In this document: positions 22,948-31,934 of the stretch, piece after piece | Numbering within the stretch: position 1 is the first letter of the stretch | How the letters are laid out: the number at the start of each line of letters is the position of its first letter | IMG/VR virus record: IMGVR_UViG_3300006145_000053 | From: a virus | Length of the DNA: 37,255 nt | Strand: one strand, 5' to 3' | Made by a program: the position numbers and the translations under genes | The notes under the pieces: generated by a model | Told to the model about the DNA's origin: nothing | Databases searched by the model: none | What the model saw: the letters and a program-made list of their open reading frames with translations, nothing else

Positions 22948-23578
22948 ATGGGCATTCCTGTGCTTATATTGGGAGAGAGTGGTTCTGGAAAATCATGTTC
23001 TCTTCGTAATTTTGAGTCTGATGAAGTAGGAATATTTAATGTAGCAGGTAAGCCATTACCTTTTAAAAAACAACTAAAAAAAGTAAATAATGCTACATAT
23101 ACAACAATCTTAAAAGGTCTTAAAATGGCAAATTTAAAAACTTATATAATAGATGACAGTCAATATTTAATGGCTTTTGAAATGTTTGATAGAGCAAAGG
23201 AAACAGGTTATAACAAATTTACAGATGTGGCTTTAAATTTTAGAGGAATTGTAGATTTTATAATAAGAAATACACCTGACGACTTAATAATTTATTTCTT
23301 ACATCATACAGAAACAACAGAAACAGGTAAAATAAAAGCTAAAACAAGTGGAAAGATGTTAGATAATCAATTAACATTAGAAGGTTTGTTTTCAATAGTA
23401 TTGCTTTGTAAAACAGATGGACAAGAACACTATTTTGAAACACAAAGCGATGGATATACAACTTGTAAAAGTCCTATGCGGAATGTTTGAAACAAAAATA
23501 GATAATGATTTAAAAGCAGTAGATACAATAATTAGAGAATATTATGAATTAAATAAAGAAAGTGAGGATAAAGAATAA
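22948..23578 (+). CDS. AAA_24/Sak4-like P-loop ATPase, +1 shift at CGG 23479..23481
   Basis: Walker A GESGSGKS and Walker B YIIDDSQ. The junction ...CKSPM[C]GMFETKIDNDLKAVDTIIREYY extends the ORF to a TAATG overlap at 23576..23578. Confidence 0.7.
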
Positions 23579-23829
23579 TGGTATTAATTGAAAACGAAGA
23601 ATACAAAGAATTAGTAATTAAAGCTAATAAGTATGATGAATTAAGAAGAAATAGAGCAAAAGCTCAAGAAAGAGCATGTAGAGAGCAAGAAAACAAATGT
23701 GGAAATCATGAAGTAAATAAAGAAAATACAACAGAAGAAAAGGCGGAAATAAAAATTAAAAAAGTTTCAGCAGAGGAAATGGCACAATTAGTAGATAATT
23801 TAGTAAATAAAATCTTAGGAGGTAAATAA
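23578..23829 (+). CDS. Hypothetical protein
   Basis: Intact ORF, translationally coupled to the preceding gene. Confidence 0.45.
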   Translation: MVLIENEEYKELVIKANKYDELRRNRAKAQERACREQENKCGNHEVNKENTTEEKAEIKIKKVSAEEMAQLVDNLVNKILGGK

Positions 23830-23831
23830 TT

Positions 23832-24407
23832 ATGAAAAAAATAGAAGGATATGATGAAGCTCAAGCAATAACAGGAGAATACGAAACATTAGATGCAGGA
23901 GGATATATTTGTAAGATAATAAACGCAAAAGAAGAAACAAGTCAAAATGGAAATAGAATGCTAGTAATAGCTTTTGATATTGCAGAAGGAGAACATAAGA
24001 ATTTCTATCAAAGAAAATTTGAAGAATTAAAGAAAGCTAATAATGACCCAGCTATAACAGTTAAATATCCAAATAACGGTATATATAGAGTAATGTTAGA
24101 TAGTGAAAAAGCAGCAGGATATATGAAAGGATTAATAACATCAATTGAAGCTTCAAATACAAATTTTAAATGGAATTGGGATGAAAAAGAATTAAAAGAT
24201 AAGTTATTTGGTGGAATATTTGGTGAAGAAGAATACGAAAAAATGGATGGAAAAATAGGAACTTCTGTAAAACTTAGATGGGTTAGAAGTGTACAAGCTA
24301 TAGAAGACGGTAAGTACAAAATACCAGACAAGAAATGTTTAAATAAAAAGTCAGATAATATATTCAATACAGATGTTGGAGATGACGATGATGATTTACC
24401 TTTTTGA
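23832..24407 (+). CDS. DUF669-like protein with an SSB-type acidic C-terminal tail
   Basis: The segment LDAGGYICKIINAKEETSQNGNRMLVIAFDIAEGE is DUF669-like. The protein ends in DDDDDLPF. Confidence 0.6.
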   Translation: MKKIEGYDEAQAITGEYETLDAGGYICKIINAKEETSQNGNRMLVIAFDIAEGEHKNFYQRKFEELKKANNDPAITVKYPNNGIYRVMLDSEKAAGYMKGLITSIEASNTNFKWNWDEKELKDKLFGGIFGEEEYEKMDGKIGTSVKLRWVRSVQAIEDGKYKIPDKKCLNKKSDNIFNTDVGDDDDDLPF

Positions 24408-24421
24408 TGAGGTAAATCGTT

Positions 24422-24820
24422 ATGAAAGAAGTATGGAAAGATATTAAAGGTTATGAAGGAATTTATAAAGTTAGTAATTTTGGTAGAATAAAAAGTTTAT
24501 ATATTGTTAGTAATTTATATAAAAAGAAATTTTATAAAGAAAGAATATTAAAGCCTAAAAAAGGAAAAGACAATTGTTTAAGAATTGAATTATGGAAAAA
24601 TAAGAAGCATAAAACAATACTTGTGCATAGATTAGTCGCAACTACTTTTTTAGAAGATTTAATTGATACAAATATGACAGTAAATCATAAAGATGGTAAT
24701 AGATTAAATAATAAAGTTAACAATTTAGAATGGCTTTCTAGAGGAGATAATATTAGGTATGGATTTGAACATGGACAATATCCGCAAGCTCATCATAATA
24801 AGATTTATTATAGTAATTAA
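24422..24820 (+). CDS. NUMOD4/HNH_3 homing endonuclease (second copy)
   Basis: WKDIKGYEGIYKVSNFGRIKS and HRLVATTF...VNHKDGNRLNNKVNNLEW. Confidence 0.8.
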   Translation: MKEVWKDIKGYEGIYKVSNFGRIKSLYIVSNLYKKKFYKERILKPKKGKDNCLRIELWKNKKHKTILVHRLVATTFLEDLIDTNMTVNHKDGNRLNNKVNNLEWLSRGDNIRYGFEHGQYPQAHHNKIYYSN

Positions 24821-24851
24821 CTTACTCTAACCAAAGAAAAGAGGTGAAAAA

Positions 24852-26671
24852 GTGGAAGAAGAATATAACAACTTAAGCAAAGATGAATTGCTAAAAAGAG
24901 AAGTAATAGAAGCTGTAATAACGATTGAAAATGTAGAAATTAGAGAAAGAATATTAGCTAAATTAGAAGCTAGAGCAAAAGAATTAAAAATATTTCAAAA
25001 TTTTAAAAGAATGTTTAAAGCTATACAAGCAGAAATAATTCAATCTAAAAAACAACTCAACAGTTATGAAACGCAATTCACAAATGCACCATTAAAGCTT
25101 AAATGCAAAAATTATATTTGCAACGATTTAGGAATAACAAAAATGGACTTTAATCAAACGTTAATGACTGCTGTAGATACTGTAGTATGTACTCATCCAA
25201 TTTTGCCAATCGAGAGACTAATTAATGTAGATACAAATACAGAGAAAGTAAAATTAGCATTTTATAAAGATAAAAAATGGCAGACAGTAATAGCTGAAAA
25301 AAATACTTTAGCTAGTAAAAATAAGATATTACAGTTAGCAAATACACGGAATAGAAGTTAATGAAAATAATGCAAAAGAACTAATAATCTATATCTCGGA
25401 TTTATTATCAATTAATACAGAAGTAATTCCATATAACAAAGCTATAACTCACTTGGGTTGGACAGAAGATGGATTTGTACCATACATAAAAGATTATAAA
25501 TTTGATGGAGATAGAAGTTTTGAAAGTATTTTTAAAGATATAAAAGAAAAAGGTGATATTGAAATCTGGTGCAATACATTAAGAGAGTTAAGAAAGAACG
25601 AAGTAATACATTTTATAATAGCTTCAAGTTTTGCAAGTTTACTTATAGAGAAAATACATATAAATCCGTTTATTGTACATTTATGGGGAAAATCTGGAAC
25701 GGGTAAAACAGTAGCTTTAATAATAGCAATGTCAATTTGGGGGAATCCTGCTATCGGACATTTAGTAAAAAATTTAAACAGCACCAACGTTGGACTCGAA
25801 AGATTATCAGCTTTTTTAAATAATCTTCCATTTGCTCGGAGATGAACTACAAGCTATAAAAAACAAATATACAGACTTTAACGAGCTAATTTATAAATTA
25901 ACTCAAGGAGAAGGAAAGTCAAGAGGGACAGCAGATGGAGGAATAGCAGAGCAATTAAAGTGGAATTGTGCATTCTTAACTACAGGAGAAGAACCGATTA
26001 CATCTGAGTTTTCAAAAGAAGGTGTAAAAAATAGAGTAATTGAAATTGAAGAAAATAAGCAGATAGTTGAAAATGGCAAAGAAGTTGTAAACACATTAAT
26101 TAACAACTATGGATTTGGAGCTAAAATGTTCTTTGAAAAAATTCCGAACGATGATGAACTGCAACGAAGACATACAGAAATATTTAAAAAACTAGATGAA
26201 AAATACAAAGGTACAGGAAAGCAAACAAATGCAATAGCAGCAGTGATTTTGGCAGATGAAATAGTGAGTAAATATATATTTGAAGATAAAGCATTAAGTA
26301 TTAACGATGTAGATAGATATTTTTCAAAAGATATAGATGAGGGTGAAAGAATTTATAGTTTAATTTTAGACTGGCTTTTTGCTAATATTAATAAATTTGA
26401 AAGTAATTCTTTTAATGAGATTTGGGGAAGATATGAGGCTGATGGAGATAAAATTACAAAATTTTATATAAATGGAAAAATTTTAAAGGATTTTTTATCT
26501 GATAATAATATTAGCTTTGATGGTATAAAAAACAAATTATTTGAAAAAGGAATACTCGAAAGAAACAGTCAAGGTAGATTTACTCATCAGACTAGTGTAA
26601 ATGGTAAAATGCAAAATTTAATTAAATTTAATTTAATTAAAAATAATAGTAAAAAAGAAATGCCATTTTAA
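24852..26671 (+). CDS. Replicative P-loop helicase/primase-associated protein (DUF927-like), +1 shifts at CGG 25347 and 25837
   Basis: Three ORF fragments join as ...QLANT[C]GIEVNENNAKELIIYISDL...HLGWTEDGF... with Walker A GKSGTGKT, then ...NNLPFA[C]GDELQAIKNKY. Confidence 0.65.
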
Positions 26672-27057
26672 AAAACTTACATAAAAATGAAGTAAAATCA
26701 GCAATTACAAAGAAAAACTTACAAAAAAATATAAACGTAAGTGAAATGTAAGTTCTCGAAAGGTGCTATTTATATATATTTATATAAAAATACTTACATA
26801 CTTACATAAAAATACTTATATAGTATATATGCAATAAGAGAAAAGAGGTTTCTCTATTCTCTTATATATATAGCTCCTATATCAAAAATAACGTAAGTTT
26901 GTAAGTATAAGAAAACAATTCTTAGAAACAAAAGACATACGAGAACTTACATAAAAAACTTGTTCTGTAAGTGAACGTATGAAAAACAGCTCAAAGCATT
27001 GAAATCAAGCTAAAAACGAACGTAAGAGAAAAAGAAAAAATAAGGAGAAAAGATATT
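26672..27057. repeat. Iteron-rich non-coding region, candidate origin of replication
   Basis: At least 11 copies of CTTACA / (T/C)GTAAG in both orientations. ACTTACATAAAAA occurs three times. There is an AT-rich tract at 26768..26790 and a 13-bp-stem hairpin at 26834..26865. Confidence 0.6.
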
Positions 27058-27303
27058 ATGCAAATTATTAAAGAGCAATTTCAAACTAAAATAGTTGGAA
27101 AATGTATTGAAAAAGAAGATATACTGCAACTTTGGAAATTTGGTTTTAGTATAGAAAGTATAGCTAAAAAATATGCAAAAGATAATAATTTGAAAATTAC
27201 TGATAGTAAAAAGATAGTTATAGATTTTCTTTATAAGGAGGTAATTAATGAAAACACCAGAAACAATAATAAAAGATGCAACTCAGAACAAAGAAATTCT
27301 TAA
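27058..27303 (+). CDS. Hypothetical protein (HTH-like, ILQLWKFGFS motif)
   Basis: RBS AAGGAG is present. The N-terminal motif is shared with ORF 30226. Confidence 0.45.
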   Translation: MQIIKEQFQTKIVGKCIEKEDILQLWKFGFSIESIAKKYAKDNNLKITDSKKIVIDFLYKEVINENTRNNNKRCNSEQRNS

Positions 27304-27619
27304 TTATAACTTATTAGAAATGAATTTATATTTAGTAATAAAACAAATTCTAAAAATGTATTTTAATAATCAAATTTCTAAAGAAGAAGCTAATAAATAT
27401 AAACAAATAGCAGTAAATAAATATCAAGAAGAATATAAGCAATATGATTTTGAAAGAGAAATGTTTCAAGAACATATTAGAAATATTGAAGATACTGAAG
27501 TGCAAAGAATTAAATTAAGAAAAATATTAAAAGATGATGAAGTAACAGAAGAAAAACTTTGCGAAATAATAAGTATTTGTATGGAAATTATAAGTAAAGT
27601 ATTTAGAGGGGAATTTTAA
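27248..27619 (+). CDS. Hypothetical protein
   Basis: Has its own RBS, AAGGAGG. Overlaps the preceding ORF by 56 nt. Confidence 0.5.
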   Translation: MKTPETIIKDATQNKEILNYNLLEMNLYLVIKQILKMYFNNQISKEEANKYKQIAVNKYQEEYKQYDFEREMFQEHIRNIEDTEVQRIKLRKILKDDEVTEEKLCEIISICMEIISKVFRGEF

Positions 27620-27641
27620 AAGGAAGGAGTAAAATAGTTAG

Positions 27642-27824
27642 ATGATAGAGAAACAAGGGAATAGATATGAATTACAATGTGATTATTGTAGTAACTATGT
27701 AGATGACTTTGAAGAGTTTCAAGAGGCAGTAGATTATAAAAAAGCAAATGGATGGAGAAGTATTAATATAAATGGAGAATGGACTGATAAATGTCCTAAT
27801 TGTATAGGTGGTGATAAATCTTGA
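27642..27824 (+). CDS. Small zinc-ribbon protein
   Basis: CDYCSN...CPNC. Confidence 0.45.
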   Translation: MIEKQGNRYELQCDYCSNYVDDFEEFQEAVDYKKANGWRSININGEWTDKCPNCIGGDKS

Positions 27825-29334
27825 AATTAGAATTAAGAGACTATCAAAAAGAATGTCTTGAAATTATAGATAATTTACAGTCAGGTTCTTACTTAATTCA
27901 GATGGCTACTGGATGTGGTAAGACAGCAACATTTACAAACATAAAAAGAAAAGGTCGTGTACTAGTCCTAGCACACAGAGAAGAACTAGTTACACAACCT
28001 ATAAAATATTACAATTGCTCAGTTGGAATTGAAATGGCTAATAACAATTCTAACGGAGAAGAGGTTGTAATAGCCTCAGTTATGAGTTTAACACACAGAT
28101 TAGATAAATTCAAGCAAGATGAATTTGACATGATAATTATAGATGAAGCACATCATGCAGCTGCTAAAAGTTATAAAAAGATAATAAATTATTTTAAACC
28201 TCGACTGTTATTAGGCTTTACAGCTACACCAAACAGAGGTGATAACGTTCGTTTAGATGATGTATTTGAAAAAATAATATTTCAGAAAGATTTAAAATGG
28301 GCTATTAAAAATAAATACTTAACTGATATTGAATGTTTAAGAGTGAATATTGGATATGACATAAGTAAAGTTGCTAGAAGAATGGGAGATTTTGCAACAG
28401 GTGAACTAGATAAAACAATGAATACAGAAATTTTAAATGGAGCAATAGCAGAAGCTTATCAAAAATATGCGAAAGGACAAACATTAATATTTGCAACATC
28501 TGTGGAACATGCACAAAATATTGCAAAGTTAATATCTCGGAGCAGTAGCAGTAACAGCAGATACTAAAAACAGAGAAGAACTTATAAGAAAATTTACAAA
28601 CAGAGAAATACCATGTCTAGTTAATTGTATGATTTTCACAGAAGGAACAGATATGCCACTTGTTGAAACTGTAATAATAGCTAGACCAACAAGCAATAGC
28701 TCTTTATACACACAAATGGTAGGAAGAGGATTAAGACTTTACAAAGGAAAAGAAAAGTTAATACTAATAGATTTAGTAGGAACAACAGGAAAAGCAAATC
28801 TATGTACAGCACCAAGTTTATTAGGTATTGATTTAGAAACAGTACCACCAGGCAATCGAGATGAAATACAAGGAGATTTATTTGATTTACCAGAGCTAAT
28901 TCAAAAAGTATCAGATGTACCCGAGAGTTGGATAAAAAATATAGAATACGTAAATTTGTGGGCAAAAGGACAAGCATATAATACACATGATGTAAATTGG
29001 TTCAAAATGCCAAATCGGTGAACTTGTATTAACACTTAAAAATAGACGATTAATAATACCTGCTCAAGATGAGTTAGGAGAAACGATTGTAAATGGGAAA
29101 AGATTAAAAATGCAAGAAGCACTTGATGAAGCTTATACATACTTATTAGAGAATTATTCAGAACAAAGATATATTTGGGATGTTAAGCAAATTAAAAAAT
29201 GGGGAAAAACAGAAGCATCTGATAAGCAAAAAGATTTAATTAAAAGAATGTATAAAAGTTTAGATGTTTCAGAATTAACTAAAAGTGAAGCTAGTTTAAT
29301 ATTAAATAGATTATTTTATAAGAAAGCAGGATAA
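27821..29334 (+). CDS. SF2 DEAD/DEAH-box helicase (ResIII plus Helicase_C), +1 shifts at CGG 28538 and 29016
   Basis: Motifs ATGCGKT, IIDEAHH, TATP, then across the junction ...KLIS[C]GAVAVTADTKNREELIRKF...TEGTDMP...QMVGRGLR, then ...KMPN[C]GELVLTLKNRR...MQEALDEAY. Confidence 0.8.
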
Positions 29335-29336
29335 AA

Positions 29337-29780
29337 ATGAGTATAAAAATGCAGAAAGGTAAAAGTTTTGAAAGGCAAATCAATAAAGTTTGTGAGTACA
29401 TAAATAACATAGGAGGCTTTGCACATAAATTGTGTGCAGAACGAACTATACAAGGTACATTTATTAAAGGTGAACCTTTTGACTACATTATTTTAACTAA
29501 AGATTATAAAGCTGTATTTGATGCTAAAGAAGCAGAAACAGGTACATATCATATAGTTAAAAAAGATATAAAACAAATTAACGAATTAAAAAAATGTAAA
29601 AATGCAGGATGTAACGCTTATTTACTTATATGCTTTGAAGGACAAGATGTAAGAATGATAGATGTTGATGTAGTAATAAAACTTTTAAAGAATAATAAAA
29701 AAAGCATAAAAAGAGAAGGTAATCCAAGTTGGGATTTAATAAAAATTTTAAAAGAACAAAACAAAAGATTGGAGGAATAA
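29337..29780 (+). CDS. RecU-like Holliday junction resolvase (tentative)
   Basis: The pattern GKSFERQI...FDYIIL...VFDAKE...AYLLICF is consistent with a PD-(D/E)xK RecU-like fold. Confidence 0.45.
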   Translation: MSIKMQKGKSFERQINKVCEYINNIGGFAHKLCAERTIQGTFIKGEPFDYIILTKDYKAVFDAKEAETGTYHIVKKDIKQINELKKCKNAGCNAYLLICFEGQDVRMIDVDVVIKLLKNNKKSIKREGNPSWDLIKILKEQNKRLEE

Positions 29781-29786
29781 GTAATT

Positions 29787-30101
29787 ATGGAGTTGGAGAA
29801 ATCAATTGAAAATTTAAAAAAATATGTAGAATTAGTTTTGAACAAAAATTACTGTGATTGTAATGAGCTTAATATTATAAGCTGTGGAAAATATGGAGAT
29901 GGAAGTAAAAATGTAGCAGAATCTATAAAAACAGTATTAAAAGCATTAGAAAATTCGATAGATAAAGAAGTATTAAAGCAGAAAAGATGGGAATGTATAA
30001 AACAAGCGGGAAGTTATGATGTTGATAATGCAACAATAGAACAACATAAATCGATAGGTGGTTTTGAAGTGCTAAATAAATTATTGGAGGAAAAACAATG
30101 A
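29787..30101 (+). CDS. Hypothetical protein
   Basis: Intact ORF. Confidence 0.45.
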   Translation: MELEKSIENLKKYVELVLNKNYCDCNELNIISCGKYGDGSKNVAESIKTVLKALENSIDKEVLKQKRWECIKQAGSYDVDNATIEQHKSIGGFEVLNKLLEEKQ

Positions 30102-30225
30102 GTAAAGCAGATGAGATTTTGAAATTTAAAAGAAGAAAAAGAAAGAAAAGATACAAAGTGTTTTAAATAATAAGAGAAAATAAAATAGAATAAAATACAA
30201 ATACTACACTAAAGAGGTGTTAGTA

Positions 30226-30444
30226 TTGACAGATGATGAAATTTTAAGACTATGGAGAAGCGGTTTAAGTAAAAATCAATTAGCTTTAATGTATAAAAGA
30301 AGATTTAATCAGAGAGTAAAGTTAATAAGATTAGAAATGAGAAATAGGCATAAAGGTAGGTTTATGAGTAATTATCAGGCATTATCTCACGTTGAGAGAG
30401 TTATATATGATTATATAAAAACAGAGGGAGGTACAAATGAATAA
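30226..30444 (+). CDS. Hypothetical HTH-like protein (TTG start)
   Basis: RBS AGAGGTG lies 6 nt upstream of the TTG. Contains DDEILRLWRSGLSKNQLALMY. Confidence 0.4.
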   Translation: MTDDEILRLWRSGLSKNQLALMYKRRFNQRVKLIRLEMRNRHKGRFMSNYQALSHVERVIYDYIKTEGGTNE

Positions 30445-30844
30445 ACAGTTAAATAAAGAAGCTAAAAGAAATACAATATCAGATTTAAGGAAATATCCTG
30501 ATTGGATAGTAAGAATTGAATGTCAAGGACTTGGCGGAGAACCTGCTACAATAGGCGGATATTGGGAAGAAAACTTTATAAATAGTGATTATAGACGTTC
30601 AATAATAGAAGATAGTGTTGAATATGATGAAGAAATAAGAAAAAAGATATTTGCAATAGAAAGAGTATTTGACAGATTAAAAAAAGATAGTAAAAGAAAA
30701 GATATAATAAGAATGAGATATTTATTACCAGACTATACAGCAAAAGACATACAAAAAATTTTAGATATACCAGAGCGTACATATTTTAGACTTCATAATT
30801 CAGCATTAATAAGTTTTGCAAGAGCATTAGGATATATAAAATAA
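30437..30844 (+). CDS. ArpU/RinA-like late transcriptional activator (sigma region-4-like)
   Basis: 135 aa, the last gene before the packaging module. The C-terminus IRMRYLLPDYTAKDIQKILDIPERTYFRLHNSAL is HTH-like. Confidence 0.6.
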   Translation: MNKQLNKEAKRNTISDLRKYPDWIVRIECQGLGGEPATIGGYWEENFINSDYRRSIIEDSVEYDEEIRKKIFAIERVFDRLKKDSKRKDIIRMRYLLPDYTAKDIQKILDIPERTYFRLHNSALISFARALGYIK

Positions 30845-30857
30845 AAAATTTTTAAAA

Positions 30858-30939
30858 ATGGCAGTTTTATGGCAGTTTTAAGTAGACAATGTGAAAGTGT
30901 CAAGATATAATTTAAGTAGAGTGAAAAGTGTGTTCAAGA
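30858..30939 (+). repeat. Two sets of direct repeats downstream of the activator gene
   Basis: ATGGCAGTTTT in tandem x2 (30858..30879). TTTAAGTAGA..GTGAAAGTGT..CAAGA occurs twice imperfectly (30877..30905 and 30911..30939). Confidence 0.6.
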
Positions 30940-30975
30940 GAAGCACAAAAATAAAGAGCTTATTCAAATTTAGTC

Positions 30976-31014
30976 AAAAACAGAGCTGTAGGTTAAAGCA
31001 GTTCTGTTTTTCAT
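30976..31014 (+). terminator. Rho-independent terminator
   Basis: AAACAGAGCTG-10 nt-CAGTTCTGTTT followed by TTT. Confidence 0.6.
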
Positions 31015-31097
31015 TTGGTATTAAGATGCTAGATAATTAATATATATAGTAGTGAAATTTTTCATACAGTATCCTCTCGTATTTTTATATTTTTACA

Positions 31098-31124
31098 ATT
31101 AGAACTATTCTAGCTAGTTCTAAT
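31098..31124. repeat. Perfect 10-bp inverted repeat
   Basis: ATTAGAACTA-ttctagc-TAGTTCTAAT with no flanking T-run. It is followed by an A/G-rich tract at about 31131..31210. Confidence 0.6.
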
Positions 31125-31226
31125 AAAATATAAGAAAAAACGAAAAAAACGCAGAAAATCAGTATAAAAATACGAAAGAACAGGGAAAAAATGGAAAAAA
31201 TAAAATAATATGTTGCACAAAAAGTG

Positions 31227-31255
31227 TTGATTTATGATATTAATTATAGTATAAT
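31227..31255 (+). promoter_or_regulatory. Consensus-like promoter driving a short non-coding transcript
   Basis: TTGATT, 17-nt spacer, TATAAT. Confidence 0.6.
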
Positions 31256-31261
31256 TTTATT

Positions 31262-31375
31262 AAGAATTATGAGAGAAAATTGATATTTTCATCCCTCCAT
31301 AATTCTAAAGTTTAATAATCGTTAACAAAAATGGAACAAAAAAATACTAGAGTATTCGCAGTACTCTAGTATTTT
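31262..31375 (+). ncRNA. Candidate antitoxin sRNA (about 110 nt) of a type I TA-like locus
   Basis: Bounded by the promoter at 31227..31255 and the terminator at 31345..31375. No credible ORF. Two segments are complementary to the 5' region of the convergent peptide mRNA. Confidence 0.45.
31345..31375. terminator. Bidirectional terminator shared by convergent transcripts
   Basis: TACTAGAGTA-ttcgcag-TACTCTAGTA, a perfect 10-bp stem with an A-run upstream and a T-run downstream. Confidence 0.75.
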
Positions 31376-31383
31376 GCTATGTA

Positions 31384-31446
31384 TTAGAACAATTTAAGAA
31401 TTAGATAAATCATTACTAAAACTAGCAGTTTAACAATCGCTCCCAT
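31384..31446 (-). CDS. 20-aa hydrophobic peptide (candidate type I toxin)
   Basis: MGAIVKLLVLVMIYLILKLF. RBS AAGGAGGTG lies 7 nt upstream of the ATG. The longer ORF-track call 31384..31632 probably overextends it. Confidence 0.5.
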   Translation of the reverse strand: MGAIVKLLVLVMIYLILKLF

Positions 31447-31494
31447 GGTTTTCACCTCCTTCGCTGGAAAGACGAAAGAAAATGGAACAAAAAC

Positions 31495-31523
31495 ATTATA
31501 TATTTTGTCGAAAAAATAATCAA
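31495..31523 (-). promoter_or_regulatory. Consensus-like promoter for the peptide mRNA
   Basis: The minus strand reads TTGATT, 17-nt spacer, TATAAT. Confidence 0.55.
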
Positions 31524-31610
31524 TAATATAACAAAAATATGTAAAAAAAATTATAAAAGAGTCTGTTAAAATTGGATAGGTTCTTTTTTTATTGTACAAA
31601 GGAGAAAAAC

Positions 31611-31748
31611 ATGAGTTATAGAGCAGCAGCAATAGACAGAGAATATAGATTAAAACAATACTATCAAAACAAGAAGAAAAAACAAAGTTGTAGCAAAGAC
31701 TGTGAAGAATGCAAATATAATAAAGTTTGTATAGATAGTGAGGTGTAA
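31611..31748 (+). CDS. Small Cys-rich hypothetical protein (45 aa)
   Basis: RBS AAAGGAG is present. MSYRAAAIDREYRLKQYYQNKKKKQSCSKDCEECKYNKVCIDSEV. Confidence 0.35.
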   Translation: MSYRAAAIDREYRLKQYYQNKKKKQSCSKDCEECKYNKVCIDSEV

Positions 31749-31750
31749 AA

Positions 31751-31873
31751 ATGTTTAGTATATTAATAGTAGCATGGATTTTAACATGGTTTAATATAGA
31801 TAATCTTTTAAAAGAATTTAAAAAAATAAAGACAATAAATTTGCAAAAAAGGAAAATAATAAATGAATGTTAA
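31751..31873 (+). CDS. Small membrane protein (40 aa)
   Basis: MFSILIVAWILTWFNIDNLL..., coupled to the preceding small ORF. Confidence 0.3.
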   Translation: MFSILIVAWILTWFNIDNLLKEFKKIKTINLQKRKIINEC

Positions 31874-31934
31874 TCAAAATATAAATAAATTACTATATAC
31901 ACTAAAACAAAAATAGAAAGAGAGGTAATCTTAT

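Noticed and set aside
26672-27057. The repeat region as a CRISPR array
   Set aside because: The repeats are 6-13 nt long, occur in both orientations and are irregularly spaced. There are no cas genes. The pattern fits iterons.
27248-27303. The 56-nt overlap of ORFs 27058 and 27248 as another programmed frameshift
   Set aside because: The downstream ORF has its own strong RBS (AAGGAGG) and ATG. There is no slippery heptamer and no CGG.
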